DNA of 45,743 nucleotides, taken from an uncultured Candidatus Moduliflexus sp. GTDB lineage: Bacteria; Moduliflexota; Moduliflexia; Moduliflexales; Moduliflexaceae. Both the position numbers and the translations under genes were made by a program. Under the pieces are notes generated by a model. That model was not told where the DNA came from and searched no databases. It was given only the letters and a program-made list of their open reading frames with translations. The DNA is taken from contig CAZMEO010000001.1 in assembly GCA_964565315.1 (NCBI GenBank), forward strand, positions 1 through 45,743, written 5' to 3'. This document shows positions 43,487-45,743 of the stretch, piece by piece; the first letter of the stretch is position 1; each line of letters starts with the position of its first letter.

Positions 43487-44209
43487 TTAACTTTCTCCCT
43501 TTTCGACCTGGCCAAACTCTAATTCTACAGGCGTCGAACGTCCGAAAATAGTAACCATGACTTTCAATTTCCCTTGTTCAGGATAAATATGATCGATCAC
43601 GCCAGAAAAATTACTGAATGGACCATCAATAATTCGAACAGTTTCTCCTTGTTCAAAGAGCACTTTAGGCTGAGGACGTTCTGACGTTTCCTTCATTTGC
43701 TTCAGAATCGCTTCGACCTCAGTATCTAACAGCGGCGAAGGTTTCGCACCTCCGACAAAGCCGGAAACTTTTGGCGTATTTCGGATTGCATACCAGACTT
43801 CGTCGTCAATTTCCATTTTGACAAACACATAGCCCGGAAAAGACCGTTTCGTGAAAACCTGTTTTTTCCCTCCTTTGACTTCCATCACATCTTCAGTAGG
43901 GATCAAGACTTCAGAAACCCGCGCACCTAATCCAAGCGACCGCAAGCGCTGCTCTAAGTTTTCTTTGACAACTTTTTCAAACCCGGAATATGTATGAATC
44001 ACATACCAACGATGGATATGATTCCTCAGTTCTTGCAATGCATCATCCCCGATAGCTGCTCGTTGAGGCTCAGAAAGCGTGTCAAGCCTCATGGACACCC
44101 ATTCGCTTTCTTTTTGCATATCATTCGCCAAAACAGTTTCTGCATCAGGAAAACGCGCCACAAAACTTTGATATTCTTGCTTCTTGAGATACGCCCATTT
44201 TTCTTGCAT
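43487..44209 (-). CDS. nusG: Transcription termination/antitermination factor NusG (with an N-terminal extension)
   Basis: The core RWYVIHTYSGFEKVVKENLEQRL...FPGYVFVKM...KOW (GETVRIIDGPFSNFSGVI) begins about 65 aa after the ATG at 44209. Internal ATGs at codons 31 and 40 are alternative starts. Confidence 0.93.
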   Translation of the reverse strand: MQEKWAYLKKQEYQSFVARFPDAETVLANDMQKESEWVSMRLDTLSEPQRAAIGDDALQELRNHIHRWYVIHTYSGFEKVVKENLEQRLRSLGLGARVSEVLIPTEDVMEVKGGKKQVFTKRSFPGYVFVKMEIDDEVWYAIRNTPKVSGFVGGAKPSPLLDTEVEAILKQMKETSERPQPKVLFEQGETVRIIDGPFSNFSGVIDHIYPEQGKLKVMVTIFGRSTPVELEFGQVEKGES

Positions 44210-44230
44210 AACATCCTCTCACGCTTTTCA

Positions 44231-44431
44231 CTATCCGAAGAAGCGAATCAGCCGAGACATCATTTGAAAAAAGATCACATCAAGAAGCCCTAAACACAAC
44301 CCGGCCATCACAGAAAGCACAATTACTAATGTTGTTGCCCCGATGATTTCCTTACGATTGGGCCAGGACACTTTTTTTAACTCCAAACGAGCTTCTTTGA
44401 GAAATTGAAGTAATTTTTTCATACCGTCCAT
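44231..44431 (-). CDS. secE: Preprotein translocase subunit SecE
   Basis: 66 aa, LKEARLELKKVSWPNRKEIIGATTLVIVLSVMAGLCLGLLD, single TM, between tRNA-Trp and nusG. An alternative start is ATG 44422. Confidence 0.9.
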   Translation of the reverse strand: MDGMKKLLQFLKEARLELKKVSWPNRKEIIGATTLVIVLSVMAGLCLGLLDVIFFQMMSRLIRFFG

Positions 44432-44478
44432 TCCGTCCGAGTAAGCATTTTGCTGACACGTCGCAAGAGAAAAAAAAA

Positions 44479-44552
44479 CAGACCAGGAGGGACTCGAACC
44501 CCCAACCCCCGGATTTGGAGTCCGGAGCTCTATCCACTTGAGCTACTGGTCT
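44479..44552 (-). tRNA. trnW: tRNA-Trp (anticodon CCA)
   Basis: The reverse complement AGACCAGTAGCTCAAGTGGATAGAGCTCCGGACTCCAAATCCGGGGGTTGGGGGTTCGAGTCCCTCCTGGTCTG folds as a 74-nt cloverleaf: 7-bp acceptor, anticodon loop CUCCAAA, T-loop TTCGAGT. No 3' CCA is encoded. Confidence 0.93.
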
Positions 44553-44601
44553 GTATATACATAAACGAACAGATGTTTTTTCAAAACAATACGCGCAATT
44601 C

Positions 44602-44751
44602 CTACTTTGTTTCCCGATGCAACGTATGTTTCCGATCAAACTTACAATACTTCTTTAACTCGAGCTTTTTAGGAGTCCGCTTTTTATTTTTTGTCGTCGT
44701 ATAATTACGACGTTTACATTCAGTACATGCCAATGAGATTATTTCACGCAT
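44602..44751 (-). CDS. rpmG: 50S ribosomal protein L33
   Basis: Not in the ORF track. Hand translation gives [49 protein letters not shown], 49 aa, in the conserved tuf-rpmG-tRNA-Trp-secE position. Confidence 0.93.
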   Translation of the reverse strand: MREIISLACTECKRRNYTTTKNKKRTPKKLELKKYCKFDRKHTLHRETK

Positions 44752-44767
44752 AAGCGGATAAACAGAC

Positions 44768-44807
44768 ACAATTGTCGGCAGGTTTACTTATACCAGCCGA
44801 CAATTGT
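44768..44807 (-). terminator. Hairpin between tuf and rpmG (terminator or attenuator)
   Basis: A 12-bp stem acaattgtcggc/gccgacaattgt with a 16-nt loop lies 14 nt after the tuf stop. The downstream sequence GUCUGUUUAU is only weakly U-rich. Confidence 0.45.
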
Positions 44808-44820
44808 CATCTGAGATTTT

Positions 44821-45743
44821 TTACTCAATAATTTCAGCGACGACGCCCGAACCGACGGTACGACCACCTTCACGAATGGCAAACCGCAGTTCTTTTTCCA
44901 TCGCGACCGGCACAATCAGCTCTGCCGTAATGGACACGTTATCCCCCGGCATCACCATCTCCACGCCTTCTGGCAAATTCATCGTCCCCGTCACATCGGT
45001 CGTCCTGAAATAGAACTGTGGACGATACCCATTGAAGAACGGCGTATGCCGCCCACCTTCATCCTTGGATAACACATAAATCTCGCCTTTGAACTTCGTA
45101 TGCGGCGTAATGCTTTTCGGCTGCGCCAACACCTGGCCGCGCTCCACGTCTTCTCGCTTGATCCCGCGCAGCAGCACACCAATATTGTCGCCCGCCTGCG
45201 CTTCATCTAACAGCTTGCGGAACATTTCCACGCCAGTCGCCACCGTCTTGCGTGTTTCTTTAAAGCCGACAATTTCCACTTCATCGCCAACGCGCACTCG
45301 ACCGCGCTCCACGCGCCCGGTTGCCACCGTGCCGCGTCCGGAAATACTGAACACATCTTCCACCGGCATTAAGAAGGGTTTATCCACCGCACGTTCAGGC
45401 GTCGGGATATAGGAATCAATCGCCGCCATCAAATCAAAAATACATTTCGTATCTGGGCTGTCCACATCGCCGCTCTGCAACGCTTTCAAGGCCGACCCAC
45501 GAATCACCGGCGTGTCGTCGCCCGGGAATTCATACTTGCTTAACAGTTCCCGCACTTCCAACTCGACCAGTTCCAACAATTCGTCATCATCCACCATATC
45601 GGTCTTATTCATAAAGACGACAATATACGGCACGTTCACCTGCCGCGCCAACAATACGTGTTCCCGCGTCTGCGGCATCGGACCGTCAGCGGCGCTCACC
45701 ACCAGAATCGCGCCATCCATCTGCGCCGCGCCGGTGATCATAT
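44821..45743 (-). CDS. tuf: Elongation factor Tu (5' end outside window)
   Basis: The translation runs from [27 protein letters not shown] through NKTDMVDD to the C-terminal [15 protein letters not shown]. The ORF is open to the window edge. Confidence 0.97.
   Translation of the reverse strand, partial: MITGAAQMDGAILVVSAADGPMPQTREHVLLARQVNVPYIVVFMNKTDMVDDDELLELVELEVRELLSKYEFPGDDTPVIRGSALKALQSGDVDSPDTKCIFDLMAAIDSYIPTPERAVDKPFLMPVEDVFSISGRGTVATGRVERGRVRVGDEVEIVGFKETRKTVATGVEMFRKLLDEAQAGDNIGVLLRGIKREDVERGQVLAQPKSITPHTKFKGEIYVLSKDEGGRHTPFFNGYRPQFYFRTTDVTGTMNLPEGVEMVMPGDNVSITAELIVPVAMEKELRFAIREGGRTVGSGVVAEIIE

Noticed and set aside
1-45743. A scan for CRISPR repeats, IS or transposon inverted repeats, integrase or recombinase genes, toxin-antitoxin pairs and defence-system genes.
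   Set aside because: None was seen. Apart from the tuf/tuf-relic pair and the infB coding repeat, I found no repeated sequence families by eye.

Overview
This window is almost entirely core information-processing genes of a diderm (Gram-negative-type) bacterium, co-linear on the minus strand. In transcription direction (right to left) the order is: tuf (partial)-rpmG-tRNA-Trp-secE-nusG-rplK-rplA-rplJ-rplL-rpoB-rpoC-rpsL-rpsG-fusA-[tuf remnant]-rpsJ-rplD-rplW-rplB-rpsS-rplV-rpsC-rplP-rpmC-rpsQ-rplN-rplX-rplE-rpsN-rpsH-rplF-rplR-rpsE-rpmD-rplO-secY-infA-rpmJ-rpsM-rpsK-rpsD-rpoA-rplQ. A short non-ribosomal interruption follows: a plus-strand exosortase gene, RNase P RNA (not in the ORF track), and a beta-barrel outer-membrane protein gene. 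Then comes rimP-nusA-infB-DUF503-rbfA. The left 5.4 kb holds a response regulator with a DUF4388/PATAN output domain plus a partner protein with two similar modules, a DegV protein, a family-4 uracil-DNA glycosylase, and a 5'-truncated DUF4384/OmpA-like protein. Two small genes missed by the ORF track were found by hand translation: rpmJ and rpmG. I saw no CRISPR array, transposase, integrase, phage or recognisable defence genes, so this is not an accessory island. The most notable observations are structural anomalies around rpsJ. First, a frameshifted, 5'-truncated tuf pseudogene sits in the ancestral tufA slot after fusA. Second, rplC (L3) is completely absent between rpsJ and rplD. Other points are the REC-PATAN two-gene module, an isolated exosortase, a possible attenuator leader in front of rimP-nusA-infB, and a Cys4 variant of L24. 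All functional calls come from reading the translations and motifs by eye. No database search was run.
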